Notes: generated by a model from the sequence alone, not told the origin. A stretch of 64,000 bases of DNA from Thermoplasmata archaeon (GCA_027365105.1 DAHXNZ010000002.1:3672-67671), one strand, 5' to 3'; numbered from the stretch's first letter, positions 8,794-18,207 are shown. Made by a program: numbers and translations.

Positions 8794-9774
8794 CTATAGG
8801 GCTTTGGGACGGCGCGTCCCGGGGCCGTCCGAGGCGGCGGAGCCGGCCCGGGGCCGGGCCGTGCGGGCCCGGATCCGGCCGAGCACCCGTTCGGTGTGCG
8901 GGAGCCGCTCGCCGTGGCTCCGGGCGATCTCCACGAGGGCGCCCGAGATCGCCTCGATCTCGGTCGGACGTCCGCGCTCGAGGTCCTGGAGCATGCTCGA
9001 CCGGTTCGCGGCGGTCGACCGCACGACGCTCCAGAGCCGCCGCTCCGCCTCGTCGGCCGGGATCCGGATCCCCGAGAGTTCGGCGGCCCGCCGGGCCTCC
9101 TCGAGGAGCGCGAGCGCCTGGCCCCGGAACGGATCGTCGACCAGCCGGCCGTTCGGGATGCCATGGTCGGCGGTCACGGGATTGATCGCTGCGTTGACGA
9201 GCAGCTTCTCCCAGAGGGCGCGGTCGAAGTCGGCCCGGGGCTCGACCGGGTAGCCCATCGACCCGAGCAGGGCGAGGAGAGTCCCGACCGCCTCGGCGCC
9301 GGGCCCCCTGGGGGCGGGAACGACCAGGGTGCCGGTTCCGGCGGCCCGGACGACCCCGGGCGCCTCGAGCGTCGCCGGGACCGAGTGGACGAACCGGAGC
9401 ACGACCGTCGCGTCGCCCGGCCCGCCGGCCGCCGCGAGGGCCCGACGGACCGTCCGCTCGATCCCCCAGCCGTTCTGGGGCAGGAGGAGGGGGATCGGGT
9501 CGGCCCACTGCCGCCCGATCGCCCCGGACGCCGCCTCCAAATCGAAGCTCTTGACGGCGAGCAGGATCGCGTCGGGCGGGGGAGCCGGCGGGATCGTCGT
9601 CTCGGCCGGAAGCCGGAAGAGTCCCGCCCGCTCCCCGACGATCTGAAGGCCCGCGTCCCGGATCGCCCGGACCTGCTCCGGGCGGCCGACGAGGGTCACC
9701 GCGTGGCCCGCGGCCGCGAGCCGGGCGCCGAAGAGGCTCCCGATCGCGCCGGCGCCGAAGACGAGGATCCGCAT
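8794..9774 (-). CDS. panE: 2-dehydropantoate 2-reductase (ketopantoate reductase, ApbA/PanE family)
   Basis: MRILVFGAGAIGSLFGARLAAAGHAVTLVGR (Rossmann), KLLVNAAINPVTA, and a C-terminal ApbA-type helical domain. Confidence 0.7.
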   Translation of the reverse strand: MRILVFGAGAIGSLFGARLAAAGHAVTLVGRPEQVRAIRDAGLQIVGERAGLFRLPAETTIPPAPPPDAILLAVKSFDLEAASGAIGRQWADPIPLLLPQNGWGIERTVRRALAAAGGPGDATVVLRFVHSVPATLEAPGVVRAAGTGTLVVPAPRGPGAEAVGTLLALLGSMGYPVEPRADFDRALWEKLLVNAAINPVTADHGIPNGRLVDDPFRGQALALLEEARRAAELSGIRIPADEAERRLWSVVRSTAANRSSMLQDLERGRPTEIEAISGALVEIARSHGERLPHTERVLGRIRARTARPRAGSAASDGPGTRRPKAL

Positions 9775-9786
9775 GCCCGGGCCGGC

Positions 9787-10017
9787 CTACGGCATCCTGA
9801 GGAGCAGGTCGGCGAGGCCCGAGACCTGGCCCCAGTCCTTGCGGAGCAGCCTCAGGAGGTCCTCGTAGTAGGCGACCTGCTCGCGCGCCTGCCGGATCTG
9901 CAGCTCGACAAACTCCTCCTCCTGGGCCAGCCGGCCGAGCTCGGCCTCGAGGCTCTGGGCCTCGCGGACGAGGCTTTCGGCCCTATCGGACTCCGAAGGT
10001 CGACCGTCGTACTTCAT
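9787..10017 (-). CDS. small coiled-coil protein (possible C-terminal half of a frameshifted ~155-aa coiled-coil gene, see findings)
   Basis: MKYDGRPSESDRAESLVREAQSLEAELGRLAQEEEFVELQIRQAREQVAYYEDLLRLLRKDWGQVSGLADLLLRMP; heptad-like and charged. It overlaps by 35 nt with another coiled-coil ORF (9983-10234, minus) in a different frame across a G7/C7 homopolymer. Confidence 0.3.
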   Translation of the reverse strand: MKYDGRPSESDRAESLVREAQSLEAELGRLAQEEEFVELQIRQAREQVAYYEDLLRLLRKDWGQVSGLADLLLRMP

Positions 10018-10344
10018 CGGATTGGGAGGGGGGGAGGACCCGGGCCCGGGCCTCGGCCACCGAGCGCGCGAGTCCCTCGACCCGGGCGAGCTCGCGCCGG
10101 ACCCAGCGGAGCCGGTCCTGGAGCCGGGCGCGCCGGCCCCGGATCTCCTCCCGCCGGGCCTCCAGGGTGGCAAGCCGCTGCCGCCACTTGCTCCGTTCCT
10201 CGACATTGAGGAGCACGGCTTCGAAGTCGGGCACACGGCGGGCAGCGGGTGCGGGCGAATGAACCTTTCGGCGGAGGCGACCGGCCGCGTTCCGGGCGGG
10301 GGAAGGGTATATGCGCGCGGCGGTTCGGCCGTCGGAGGCCGGGC

Positions 10345-11289
10345 ATGAGCGGAGTCCGAAAGCTGGTGGTCTTGGGAGCCGGGAATGTGGGCGGATCGTT
10401 GGCGCAGCGGCTCGCCGAGGCCGATCTGGCGGCCGAGGTGGTCCTGATCGACATCGTCGACGGGCTCCCGCAGGGCAAGGCGCTCGACATCCAGGAGTCG
10501 GCCCCGATCGTCGGGTTCAGCACCCGGGTCACCGGCTCGACGAGCCTCGACGCCCTCGAAGGCGCCGACGTCGTGATCGAGACGGCCGGGCTCGCCCGAA
10601 AGCCCGGCATGAGCCGCTCCGATCTGCTCGAGAAGAACGCCGGCATCCTGAAGGGGCATGCCGAGGCGGTCCGGGCGAAGGCGCCCGACGCGGTCGTCCT
10701 GGTCGTGACCAACCCGGTCGACGTGATGACCTACTACTTCCGGCAGGTGAGCGGCCTGCCGGCCGCCCGGGTCTTCGGCGAGTCCGGAACCCTCGACACG
10801 GCCCGGTTCCGCACCTTCGTGGCCGAGGCGCTCCGGGTCGCCCCGAAGGACGTCACCGGCTTCGTCCTCGGGACCCATGGCGACTCGATGGTCCCGCTGC
10901 TCTCGCTCACGAGCGTCGGGGGAGTTCCGCTCACGAAGCTCCTCCCGGCCGACCGGCTCCAGGCGATCGTCCAGCGGACCCGCTCGGGCGGCGGCGAGAT
11001 CGTGAACCTCCTCAAGACCGGGAGCGCCTACTCGGCGCCCTCGGCGAGCCAGGCCGAGCTGGTCCGGGCGGTCGTCCGCAACGAGCACCGGCTCCTGCCG
11101 GTGAGCGCGATGGTCTCGGGCGAGTTCGGGGAGAAGGAGGTCTACATCGGCGTCCCGGTCGTCCTGGGACGGGGCGGGGTCGAGCGGATCGTCGAGGTCG
11201 ACGTGACCCCGGAGGAGCGGGCGCTCTTCCAGGGCAGCGTGCGGGCGGTCCGCGAGGACCTCGCCCTCCTGGCCCGGCTGCCGAAGTAG
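10345..11289 (+). CDS. mdh: malate dehydrogenase (LDH-like MDH family)
   Basis: MSGVRKLVVLGAGNVGGSLAQRLAEADLAAEVVLIDIV...GLARKPGMSRSDLL...VVTNPVDVMT...GTHGDSMVP. The upstream part of the track ORF (from 10249) is an R/G-rich extension; ATG at 10345 chosen. Confidence 0.85.
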   Translation: MSGVRKLVVLGAGNVGGSLAQRLAEADLAAEVVLIDIVDGLPQGKALDIQESAPIVGFSTRVTGSTSLDALEGADVVIETAGLARKPGMSRSDLLEKNAGILKGHAEAVRAKAPDAVVLVVTNPVDVMTYYFRQVSGLPAARVFGESGTLDTARFRTFVAEALRVAPKDVTGFVLGTHGDSMVPLLSLTSVGGVPLTKLLPADRLQAIVQRTRSGGGEIVNLLKTGSAYSAPSASQAELVRAVVRNEHRLLPVSAMVSGEFGEKEVYIGVPVVLGRGGVERIVEVDVTPEERALFQGSVRAVREDLALLARLPK

Positions 11290-11358
11290 CCCCCACCCCT
11301 CCTGTCGAGGGTCAGGTTCAAAGCCTCCCCCGGCCCTCGAACCGGCCGGAGGCAGCCG

Positions 11359-13443
11359 ATGACGTCGCCGGGCCCGCTCGAAGAGTCGATGCGGCTCTTC
11401 CCGTACCGGGTCCGGCCCGGGCAGGAGCCGATCCTCGAGGCGGTCGCCGAGGTCGGCCGCCTCGGCGGCGCGCTCCTCCTCGACGCGGCGACCGGGAGCG
11501 GCAAGACGGTCGCGACCCTGGCCCCGCTGATCGACCACGCCGAAGCGGCCGAGCACCGCATCCTCTACCTGGTGCGGACCCACTCCCAGGAGGTCCAGGT
11601 GCTCCAGGAGGCCCGGGCCGTCGCCCGCCGGCTCGGCCACCCGATCCGGTCGGTGAGCCTCTCGGGCCGCTCCCGGCGCTGCCTGCTCCTCGAGAACGTC
11701 CGGGAGATGAAGGACGCCACCGCCGAGGAGCACGGCAAGCTCTGCGCCGACCGCAAGCGGGCCACCGAGCGCGGCCTCGCCGGGGATCTGACCGCCGCGT
11801 CGGCGGGGGAGCTTCCCGAGGGGGGCGCGATCGATCTCGTCGACCTGGACGGTTGCCCGTACTACGCCCGGGTCCTCCAGTCGGAGCTCGACGTGGTGGA
11901 GTCCCGGCTCGACTCGACGATGCCGACCCCGTCCGAGTTCGAGGAGTTCTGCCAGCGGGAGGACCTGTGCGCCTACGAGCTCGCGAAGCGGCTTTTGCCC
12001 GGCGCCCGGCTCGTGACCGCCCCCTACGCCTTCTTCTTCCACCCGTTCATCCGCACGGCGCTCCTCGGCTGGATGGGCACGACGCTCGACCGGCTTGACG
12101 TGGTCGTCGACGAGGCGCACAACCTGCCCGACTACCTGAGGGAGTCGTCGACCGTCGCGATCCCCCAGGTCTCGGTCCGGCGCGCCCGGCAGGAGATCGC
12201 CGACCGGGGCGACTTCCAGCTCCCCGACGGGCCGAGCGCCTCCCGGTTCCTCGAGGTCGCCGGCGCGGCGATCGAGGAATTGGTCGAGCAGCTCGCCCGC
12301 GACGACGACGGGATCCTGACCGACGGCATCTTCGAGGATGCGCTCCTCGCGGCCCTCGGCGGGACCTCCCACCGGTTCGACACCTGGCTCGGCGCGCTCG
12401 CGACCTGGGGGGAGAACCTCCGGGAGGAACGCCGCCGCGAGCGGCATCTCCCCCGCTCCTGGGTCCATTCGGTCGCGCTCGCGCTGCTCTCCTGGCCGCG
12501 GCTCGCCCCGCCCGAGTACGTCAAGCTCGCGACCCGCACCCCGAGGCCGGCGCTCGAGGCGTACCCGCTGGACGTCGGCGGGATGGCGGCGCCCCTCGCC
12601 GGCGCCCACCTCTCGATCCACCTCTCGGGAACCCTCGCCCCGCTCGAGGAGTACCGCGACGCGCTCGCGCTCGGCGAGCGGGCGCGGCTCCTGACCGTCC
12701 CGCCCCGGTTCCCCCCGGAGCACCGGCTCTGCCTCTACGACCCCTCGGTCACGACCCGCTTCCAGGACCTCGCCCGGGATCCGGCGGCGCTGCCCCACCT
12801 CGCCGACCGGGTCGCGTCGGTCGTCCGAGAGCTGCCGGTCAAGACCGCGATCTTCTTCCCGAGCTTCGACCTGATGGACCGGGTCCTCCAGGCCGGCCTC
12901 CAGGTGTCGCTGCCGGCGAACGCGGTCGTCGAGTCCCGGCGGCTCCCGATGGCCGACCTGTGGAGGTCGATCGACGGGATGCGCAAGGACCCCGACGGGA
13001 CCGTCCTCCTCGGGGTCACCGGCGGCCGCATCGCCGAGGGGATCGACTTTCCCGGGGAGGATCTCGAGGCGGTGGTCGTCGTCGGGATCCCCTACCCCAA
13101 GCCGACCGCGAAGCGGGAGGCGCTGCGCCGGTTCTGGGAGGCCCGCTCGGGCACCGGCTGGCAGTACGCCTTCGAGGCGCCCGCGCAGCGCGCGGTCCTC
13201 CAGGCGATCGGCCGGATGATCCGCTCGGAGAATGACCGGGGCATCGCGATCCTCCTCGACCGCCGGGCGGTCCGGTTCGGGGACGTCCTCCCCGGCCTCG
13301 CCCCGGTCGGCGACCTCGCCCGGACCGCCCGGGAGTTCTACGGGCCGAGGACCCGACGGCCGCGCCACCGGCCGAGGCTGCCGTCGGACGACCCGACGGC
13401 CGCCCGAACCGATAAATCCCCTCCGGCTCCAGGGGGGGCGTGA
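11359..13443 (+). CDS. xpd: XPD/Rad3-family ATP-dependent 5'-3' DNA helicase (DinG-like, FeS-cluster)
   Basis: Walker A LLLDAATGSGKTVATL, DEAH-box VVVDEAHNL, and four Cys in the FeS insertion (RRCLLLEN..KLCADRK..DGCPYY..DLCAYE). C-terminal helicase motifs present (..LLGVTGGRIAEGIDFPGEDLEAVVVVGIPYP..AIGRMIRSENDRGIAILLD). Low-complexity C-terminal tail. Confidence 0.8.
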   Translation: MTSPGPLEESMRLFPYRVRPGQEPILEAVAEVGRLGGALLLDAATGSGKTVATLAPLIDHAEAAEHRILYLVRTHSQEVQVLQEARAVARRLGHPIRSVSLSGRSRRCLLLENVREMKDATAEEHGKLCADRKRATERGLAGDLTAASAGELPEGGAIDLVDLDGCPYYARVLQSELDVVESRLDSTMPTPSEFEEFCQREDLCAYELAKRLLPGARLVTAPYAFFFHPFIRTALLGWMGTTLDRLDVVVDEAHNLPDYLRESSTVAIPQVSVRRARQEIADRGDFQLPDGPSASRFLEVAGAAIEELVEQLARDDDGILTDGIFEDALLAALGGTSHRFDTWLGALATWGENLREERRRERHLPRSWVHSVALALLSWPRLAPPEYVKLATRTPRPALEAYPLDVGGMAAPLAGAHLSIHLSGTLAPLEEYRDALALGERARLLTVPPRFPPEHRLCLYDPSVTTRFQDLARDPAALPHLADRVASVVRELPVKTAIFFPSFDLMDRVLQAGLQVSLPANAVVESRRLPMADLWRSIDGMRKDPDGTVLLGVTGGRIAEGIDFPGEDLEAVVVVGIPYPKPTAKREALRRFWEARSGTGWQYAFEAPAQRAVLQAIGRMIRSENDRGIAILLDRRAVRFGDVLPGLAPVGDLARTAREFYGPRTRRPRHRPRLPSDDPTAARTDKSPPAPGGA

Positions 13444-14417
13444 TCATCACCCAGACGCCGCTGCGGATCGGCCTCGCGGGTGGCGGGACCGACCTCCCGA
13501 CGTTCTACCGTGCCCACGGCGGGGGCGCGGTCGTCAACGCGGCGATCGACAAGTACATCCACGTCCTGGTCAACGCGAAGTTCGACCGCTCGATCCGCGT
13601 CGCCTACTCGAAGACCGAGAACGTCGCGCGGGTCGACGAGGTCCAGCACGCCCTGGTGCGCGAGGCGCTCCGGGCGACCGGGGTTGAGACCGGCGTCGAG
13701 CTCCACACGATCGCGGACATCCCGAGCGAAGGGACCGGGCTCGGCTCGTCGAGCACCCTCACGGTCGGCCTCCTGAACGCCCTCTACGCGTACCGGGGGG
13801 TCCTCAAGGACGCCCGGGAGCTCGCCGAGGAGGCGTGCCGGATCGAGATCGAGCGGCTCGGGGGCACGCTGGGCAAGCAGGACCAGTACATCGCCGCGCT
13901 CGGCGGGGTCCAGCTCCTCGAGTTCCGGCCCGACGACACGGTCCGCTCGACGCCGCTCCCGCTCTCGACCTCCGACCGGCTCGCGTTCGGCGAGCATCTC
14001 GGGCTCTTCTACACCGGCATCACCCGGAGCGCCCAGGGGATCCTCACCCGCCAGGACCGCCGGACCGGATCGAACCGGCCGACCCTCGAGGCGATGCGCG
14101 AGCTCGCCCCCGCGACCGCCCGGGCGATCACCGCCGGCCGTTGGGAGGAGTTCGGCCGGCTCCTGGACGAGGGCTGGCGGCTCAAGAAGGAGCTCTCCCC
14201 GGGGATCACCACCCCCGAGATCGACCGGGCCTACGCCGCGGCGAAGGCGGCCGGGGCGTGGGGCGGCAAGATCACCGGCGCCGGGGGCGGGGGGTTCCTC
14301 CTTGTCGTCCACCCCCCCGAACAAAGCCATCAAATAGCCCGGGCCCTAGAGCCGATGCAGCGCTGGCCGATCCGGATCGATCCGGCCGGCTCCCGGATCC
14401 TGTTCGTGGGCCGGTAG
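13440..14417 (+). CDS. GHMP-family sugar kinase, HddA-like (D-glycero-D-manno-heptose 7-phosphate kinase-like)
   Basis: N-terminus MIITQTPLRIGLAGGGTDLPTFY resembles the HddA-type motif (RxPxRIxxxGGGTDxP.Y). GHMP motif PSEGTGLGSSSTLTVGLLNAL and C-terminal GHMP_kinases_C ..GGKITGAGGGGFLLV. GTG start overlaps the xpd stop (GTGA). Confidence 0.7.
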   Translation: MIITQTPLRIGLAGGGTDLPTFYRAHGGGAVVNAAIDKYIHVLVNAKFDRSIRVAYSKTENVARVDEVQHALVREALRATGVETGVELHTIADIPSEGTGLGSSSTLTVGLLNALYAYRGVLKDARELAEEACRIEIERLGGTLGKQDQYIAALGGVQLLEFRPDDTVRSTPLPLSTSDRLAFGEHLGLFYTGITRSAQGILTRQDRRTGSNRPTLEAMRELAPATARAITAGRWEEFGRLLDEGWRLKKELSPGITTPEIDRAYAAAKAAGAWGGKITGAGGGGFLLVVHPPEQSHQIARALEPMQRWPIRIDPAGSRILFVGR

Positions 14418-14475
14418 CCCCGGCCGGCCGGGAGACGGCGGAGCCGGGGCGGGACCGGCGGGGAAAGGACGCAGC

Positions 14476-15312
14476 GTGACGGTCACGGTCCGCGACTACA
14501 TGGTCCTCGCGGTCGAGCACGTCTTCCTCACCACGACGATCGGCGAAGCGACCGACCGGCTGGTCCGCAGCCGGCACCACGGATTCCCGGTGACCGACGC
14601 GCACGGCAAGCTGGTCGGCTTCGTGAGCTCGAAGGAGCTTCTCCGGCACCAGGCGGAGCGGAACCGGCCCCTCGCGGAGATCCTCCGGTCGGGCACCTAC
14701 ACCGCCGAGCCCGACACGGCGCTCGACGACGCCGCCCGGGTGATGTTCCGCTTCGGGCTGCGGGACCTGCCGATCGTCGACGCGGAGGGCCGGCTCTGCG
14801 GGGTGATCTCGAACCTCGACATCGTGCGCTCCCACTTCGAGCGGGCCTCCCCCCTCAAGGCCGACACCCTGCGGCGGCTGCTCACCGACCGCTACGGGAT
14901 GGGCTTCTCGATGCGCCGGGGGGTCGTCCCGATCCAGGATCTGCGGCCCACCCAGTGGAAGGTCTTCGAAGACGAGCTCGAGGGCCGGCGCTACGAGCTC
15001 GAACGCGGCTTCGCGGAGCCGGTCCTGGTCGTGGAGAAGGGGGGGCGCTGGCTGCTGGTCGACGGCCACCACCGGGCGCTCGCGGCCCGGGAGATGGGGC
15101 TCACCCGGCTCCAGGCGTTCATCCTGACCGCCGACCAGCCGGCCGAGTTCGAGCAGGTCGAGCTCGGGCTCGAGCGGACCGCGAAGGAGCGGCACCTGGA
15201 GAGCCTCGCCGACATCGAGATCGACCGGTCGATGCACCACCCGCTCGTCGAGGTCACGACCCAGCTCCTGCGACGCTTCGACGTGGCGGGGGGTCCGCCC
15301 CCGGTGCCCTGA
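14476..15312 (+). CDS. CBS-domain pair fused to ParB/Srx-like (ParBc) domain protein
   Basis: N-terminal tandem CBS-like segments (VRDYMVLAVEHVFLTTTIGEA.., ..LRDLPIVDAEGRLCGVISNLDIV). C-terminal ..PVLVVEKGGRWLLVDGHHRALAAREMGLTRLQAFIL matches the ParB N-terminal/sulfiredoxin fold (GxxR..A motif with HHR). Confidence 0.65.
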   Translation: MTVTVRDYMVLAVEHVFLTTTIGEATDRLVRSRHHGFPVTDAHGKLVGFVSSKELLRHQAERNRPLAEILRSGTYTAEPDTALDDAARVMFRFGLRDLPIVDAEGRLCGVISNLDIVRSHFERASPLKADTLRRLLTDRYGMGFSMRRGVVPIQDLRPTQWKVFEDELEGRRYELERGFAEPVLVVEKGGRWLLVDGHHRALAAREMGLTRLQAFILTADQPAEFEQVELGLERTAKERHLESLADIEIDRSMHHPLVEVTTQLLRRFDVAGGPPPVP

Positions 15313-15371
15313 GCCGGGATTCGTACATTATCCATATCAACGGCGCGTAGGTCGTGAAGGAAGGTCAACCG

Positions 15372-16412
15372 ATGCGGGGCGAGGGACGATGGGGCCGTCC
15401 CCTGCGGCGGGCGCTGCCGTGGGCCGTGGCCGCGCTGCTGGTCGCCGGGATCGGGCTCCCGATGGTGGCGGCGTCCAGCGGCAGCCTCCGGGCCGGCCCC
15501 GAGATCGGCTACGGCGTCGCCGTGACGCCGCCCATGGCCCACGTCAACGTGACGGTGGCGATGACCGATGCCCCCGCCTACCTCCCGAGCGCGATCACGG
15601 TCAACACGAGCACGATCCTGACCGTCCACCTGGTCAACCAGGGGAACCTGACCCACACCTTCACCGTCTCGAACGTCTCGGGGGCGGACGCGCTGCCGGC
15701 GAACTCGACCCCCCAGCAGGTCGATCGGTTCTTCAACCAGAACGGCAGCCGGGCGAATGTCTCCCTCGCCCCGGGGGCGACCGCGACGGTCAACCTGAGC
15801 TTCGGGGTCGACTCGGCGCTCGACGTCTTCCAGTTCGTGAGCGTCATCCCCTACCAGTTCCAGGCCGGCATGGCGGGGACGATCTCGGTCTCGGGCGGCC
15901 CGCCGAGCGTCCTCCTGGAGGACAATACCTCCGACGCGCTCCAGTTCCTTCCCAACACGCTCGTGGTCAACGTGACCCACTATCCGGTCGTCGTCGGGGT
16001 CGACGTCTCGAACCTCGGGAGCTTCTCCCACACCTTCACCGTCTCCGCCTTTTCCAACTTCAGCCTCTCCCCGGCCAACTTCACCTCCTTCTTCCAGTCC
16101 CACCCGCCGCTCGTCGACGCGCCGGTGCCGTCGGGCGCCGGCTCGTCGGTCTGGGCCAACTTCACGATCGCCCATGCGGGCGTCTACCAGTACATCTGCA
16201 CGGTGCCGGGCCACTTCGCCTCGGGAATGTACGGTTTCGTCTACGCGAACGTCGCGCCGCCGCCGCCCCCGGTCCCCCCGAGCACCGCGATCGTCCAGGG
16301 CTGGGTCCTGGTGGGCGCCGGTCTCCTTCTGGTCGTCGCGCTCCTGGTCGGATTGAGCGCCGCATACGTCGGCCGGCTGCCCCCGAAGCCCGTCGAGCTC
16401 CCCCACGAGTAG
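15372..16412 (+). CDS. membrane-anchored two-domain cupredoxin (blue copper protein, sulfocyanin/halocyanin-like), heavily N-glycosylation-sequon-rich
   Basis: Signal peptide (ALPWAVAALLVAGIGLPMVAASSG), two ..HTFTV.. cupredoxin cores, a type-1 copper site C-x-V-P-G-H-x4-M (YQYICTVPGHFASGMYG), and a C-terminal TM anchor (GWVLVGAGLLLVVALLVGLSAAYVG). At least 12 N-x-S/T sequons. ATG at 15372 preceded by GGAAGG; the track ORF begins at GTG 15354. Confidence 0.75.
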   Translation: MRGEGRWGRPLRRALPWAVAALLVAGIGLPMVAASSGSLRAGPEIGYGVAVTPPMAHVNVTVAMTDAPAYLPSAITVNTSTILTVHLVNQGNLTHTFTVSNVSGADALPANSTPQQVDRFFNQNGSRANVSLAPGATATVNLSFGVDSALDVFQFVSVIPYQFQAGMAGTISVSGGPPSVLLEDNTSDALQFLPNTLVVNVTHYPVVVGVDVSNLGSFSHTFTVSAFSNFSLSPANFTSFFQSHPPLVDAPVPSGAGSSVWANFTIAHAGVYQYICTVPGHFASGMYGFVYANVAPPPPPVPPSTAIVQGWVLVGAGLLLVVALLVGLSAAYVGRLPPKPVELPHE

Positions 16413-16462
16413 GGGACCGGGCGCCGAGGCCGGTTTATATTCCGGCGCCCCCTCTCCGGGGC

Positions 16463-17323
16463 ATGTGCCGATGGATTGGCCAGCTGGGCGACGACCGCGC
16501 CACCCTGGTCGACGATCTGGTCCACGCGCCGACGTCGCTCCTCCGGCTCTCCAACCTCCGGCCGACAGCCCTCCAGTCGGACGGCTGGGGGATCGCCTGG
16601 TGGGACCGCCGGCTCGGCCTCCAGCGAGTGGTCGGTACCGGTGGCGCCTACGAACCCGCCGAGTCGCCGAAGTTCCGGGCGACCGCGGAGAAGGCGCAGG
16701 GTCCGGTGATCGTCGGCCACCTGCGTCGGGCGAGCAACCCGATGGGCCGCCCGGCCGCCGAGCTGATCGGCGAGCCCAACAGCCAGCCGTTCGTGGAGGG
16801 ATCGTACATCTTTGCCCACAACGGCATGATCCTCCACCCCGAGACGACCCGCCGCCGGCTCGGGCGGTTCCGGGACCGGGTCCGCGGGGTGAACGACAGC
16901 GAGGTCCTCTTCTGGCTCCTGCGCGCCCACCTGGATTCGGACGACGACATCGTCTCGGCCTTCGGCCGGACGGTCGCCGATCTCTGGGACGACTGGCGCT
17001 CGGAGGGCTCGCCCACCGCCGGCCCGTACTCGGGACTCAATGTGCTGTGGACCCGGGGGACCGACGAGCTCTGGGCGTTCGGCCTCGCCCGAGGTGAGCA
17101 CGGTTCGGCCCTCGCCGACCCGGACCGACCGTACTACCGGCTCGCCTTCCGGGCCGAACCGGAACGGATCCGGGTCGCGAGCGAGCCGACCGACGGCCAG
17201 CCGGGCTGGGCGTCGCTCGACCATGGCCACTACCTCCATGCCCGGCGCTCCGCGTCGGGGGTCCGATGGGAGACCGGCCGGATCCCGGGGCTCGCCCCGG
17301 AAGCGCTCGCTTCGACCGCCTGA
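16463..17323 (+). CDS. class-II glutamine amidotransferase / Ntn-hydrolase, YafJ/EgtC-like
   Basis: Begins MCRWIGQLG (Met-Cys N-terminal nucleophile as in YafJ/EgtC MCR(L/H)LAYLG); GATase_6-like body (..VIVGHLRRASNPMG..FAHNGMI..). In-frame within the longer track ORF 15389-17323, whose upstream part overlaps the cupredoxin and is rejected. Confidence 0.65.
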   Translation: MCRWIGQLGDDRATLVDDLVHAPTSLLRLSNLRPTALQSDGWGIAWWDRRLGLQRVVGTGGAYEPAESPKFRATAEKAQGPVIVGHLRRASNPMGRPAAELIGEPNSQPFVEGSYIFAHNGMILHPETTRRRLGRFRDRVRGVNDSEVLFWLLRAHLDSDDDIVSAFGRTVADLWDDWRSEGSPTAGPYSGLNVLWTRGTDELWAFGLARGEHGSALADPDRPYYRLAFRAEPERIRVASEPTDGQPGWASLDHGHYLHARRSASGVRWETGRIPGLAPEALASTA

Positions 17324-18207
17324 TGCGCCGCCTGATCTCGGGCCCCGACCTCGGCGGAGGCTACCTCCACCAGCTGAGCCGGGATCTGGAGGACGGCCGG
17401 GAGGGGTTCACCCACCACGCCCAGGCGGGCGGCGACGACGCGGGCGGCCCCCCGATCGGCCCGCTCGACGATCTCGGCTTCGTCCACCCCCCGCAGCCGT
17501 GCATGTTCGGCGGGCCCCGGTGCTACCACCGGACCTACGCCCTGCCCGAGTCGGAGGCGGCCCGGGTCCGGGCCGCCTACCAGCGGTACCGCTTCGTCCT
17601 TTCGACCCTGCTCGCCCAGCGGTTCGCCGGTGCGGTGCCGTCGTCGGAATCCGGCTTGGCGGAGCTCCTCCGGGCCGTCCGGGAGCCGAGGGAGCGGGAA
17701 GGGCCGGGGTGGTATCTTGTCGGGGCGGCTTCGGCCTGGCTCCAGGGCGCCGGGCCTCCGCCCGAGACGATCCGGATCGGCGGAACGGAACCGGCCGGTG
17801 CCCGGCTGGCCGAACGGCTGCGGGAGTATCTCATCGAACCCTGGGCGCCGACCGAATGGTCCGGTCGGCCGTTCCGCGCCGCCGCCCGGGCCTTCCTGGG
17901 CACCCCGAAAGAAGGTATCCGGGCCGAGTGGGGAGTGCCGGCCGCCCCGCGGCCCGGCGACGTGGGGGAGCTCGGCGAGTACGGCGAGGAGGTCCGGATC
18001 CGCCTGGTCGAGTTCGGCGGCCACCGGATCCCGGTGAGCCGCCTCGAGTACGGCTGGGTGGCGGCGTTCCGGGACCGGCGCCCAGCGGAGCTCCGCCGGC
18101 TCGCCGACCGGATCCCGCCGGAGGAGGTCGACCCGCAGTGGCTGGCCGAGCTCGGCCGACGGATCGGGTGGAGCGGCGATCCCCGTCGGTGGATCCATCC
18201 CCGGTGA
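17323..18207 (+). CDS. hypothetical protein, translationally coupled to the amidotransferase
   Basis: ATG at 17323 overlaps the upstream TGA (TGATG). 294 aa with protein-like composition (WYLVGAASAWLQG.., ..RIRLVEFGGHRIPVSRLEYGWVAAF..); no family recognised. Confidence 0.45.
   Translation: MRRLISGPDLGGGYLHQLSRDLEDGREGFTHHAQAGGDDAGGPPIGPLDDLGFVHPPQPCMFGGPRCYHRTYALPESEAARVRAAYQRYRFVLSTLLAQRFAGAVPSSESGLAELLRAVREPREREGPGWYLVGAASAWLQGAGPPPETIRIGGTEPAGARLAERLREYLIEPWAPTEWSGRPFRAAARAFLGTPKEGIRAEWGVPAAPRPGDVGELGEYGEEVRIRLVEFGGHRIPVSRLEYGWVAAFRDRRPAELRRLADRIPPEEVDPQWLAELGRRIGWSGDPRRWIHPR

Noticed and set aside
9787-13368. 1193-aa minus-strand ORF
   Set aside because: Antisense to mdh and the XPD helicase; extreme Arg/Gly/Pro/Glu composition typical of wrong-frame GC-rich ORFs. 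Only its last 76 codons (9787-10017) might be real.
15389-16462. Upstream 358 codons of the track ORF 15389-17323
   Set aside because: Overlaps the cupredoxin gene in another frame; only the portion from the Met-Cys start at 16463 (amidotransferase) is retained.
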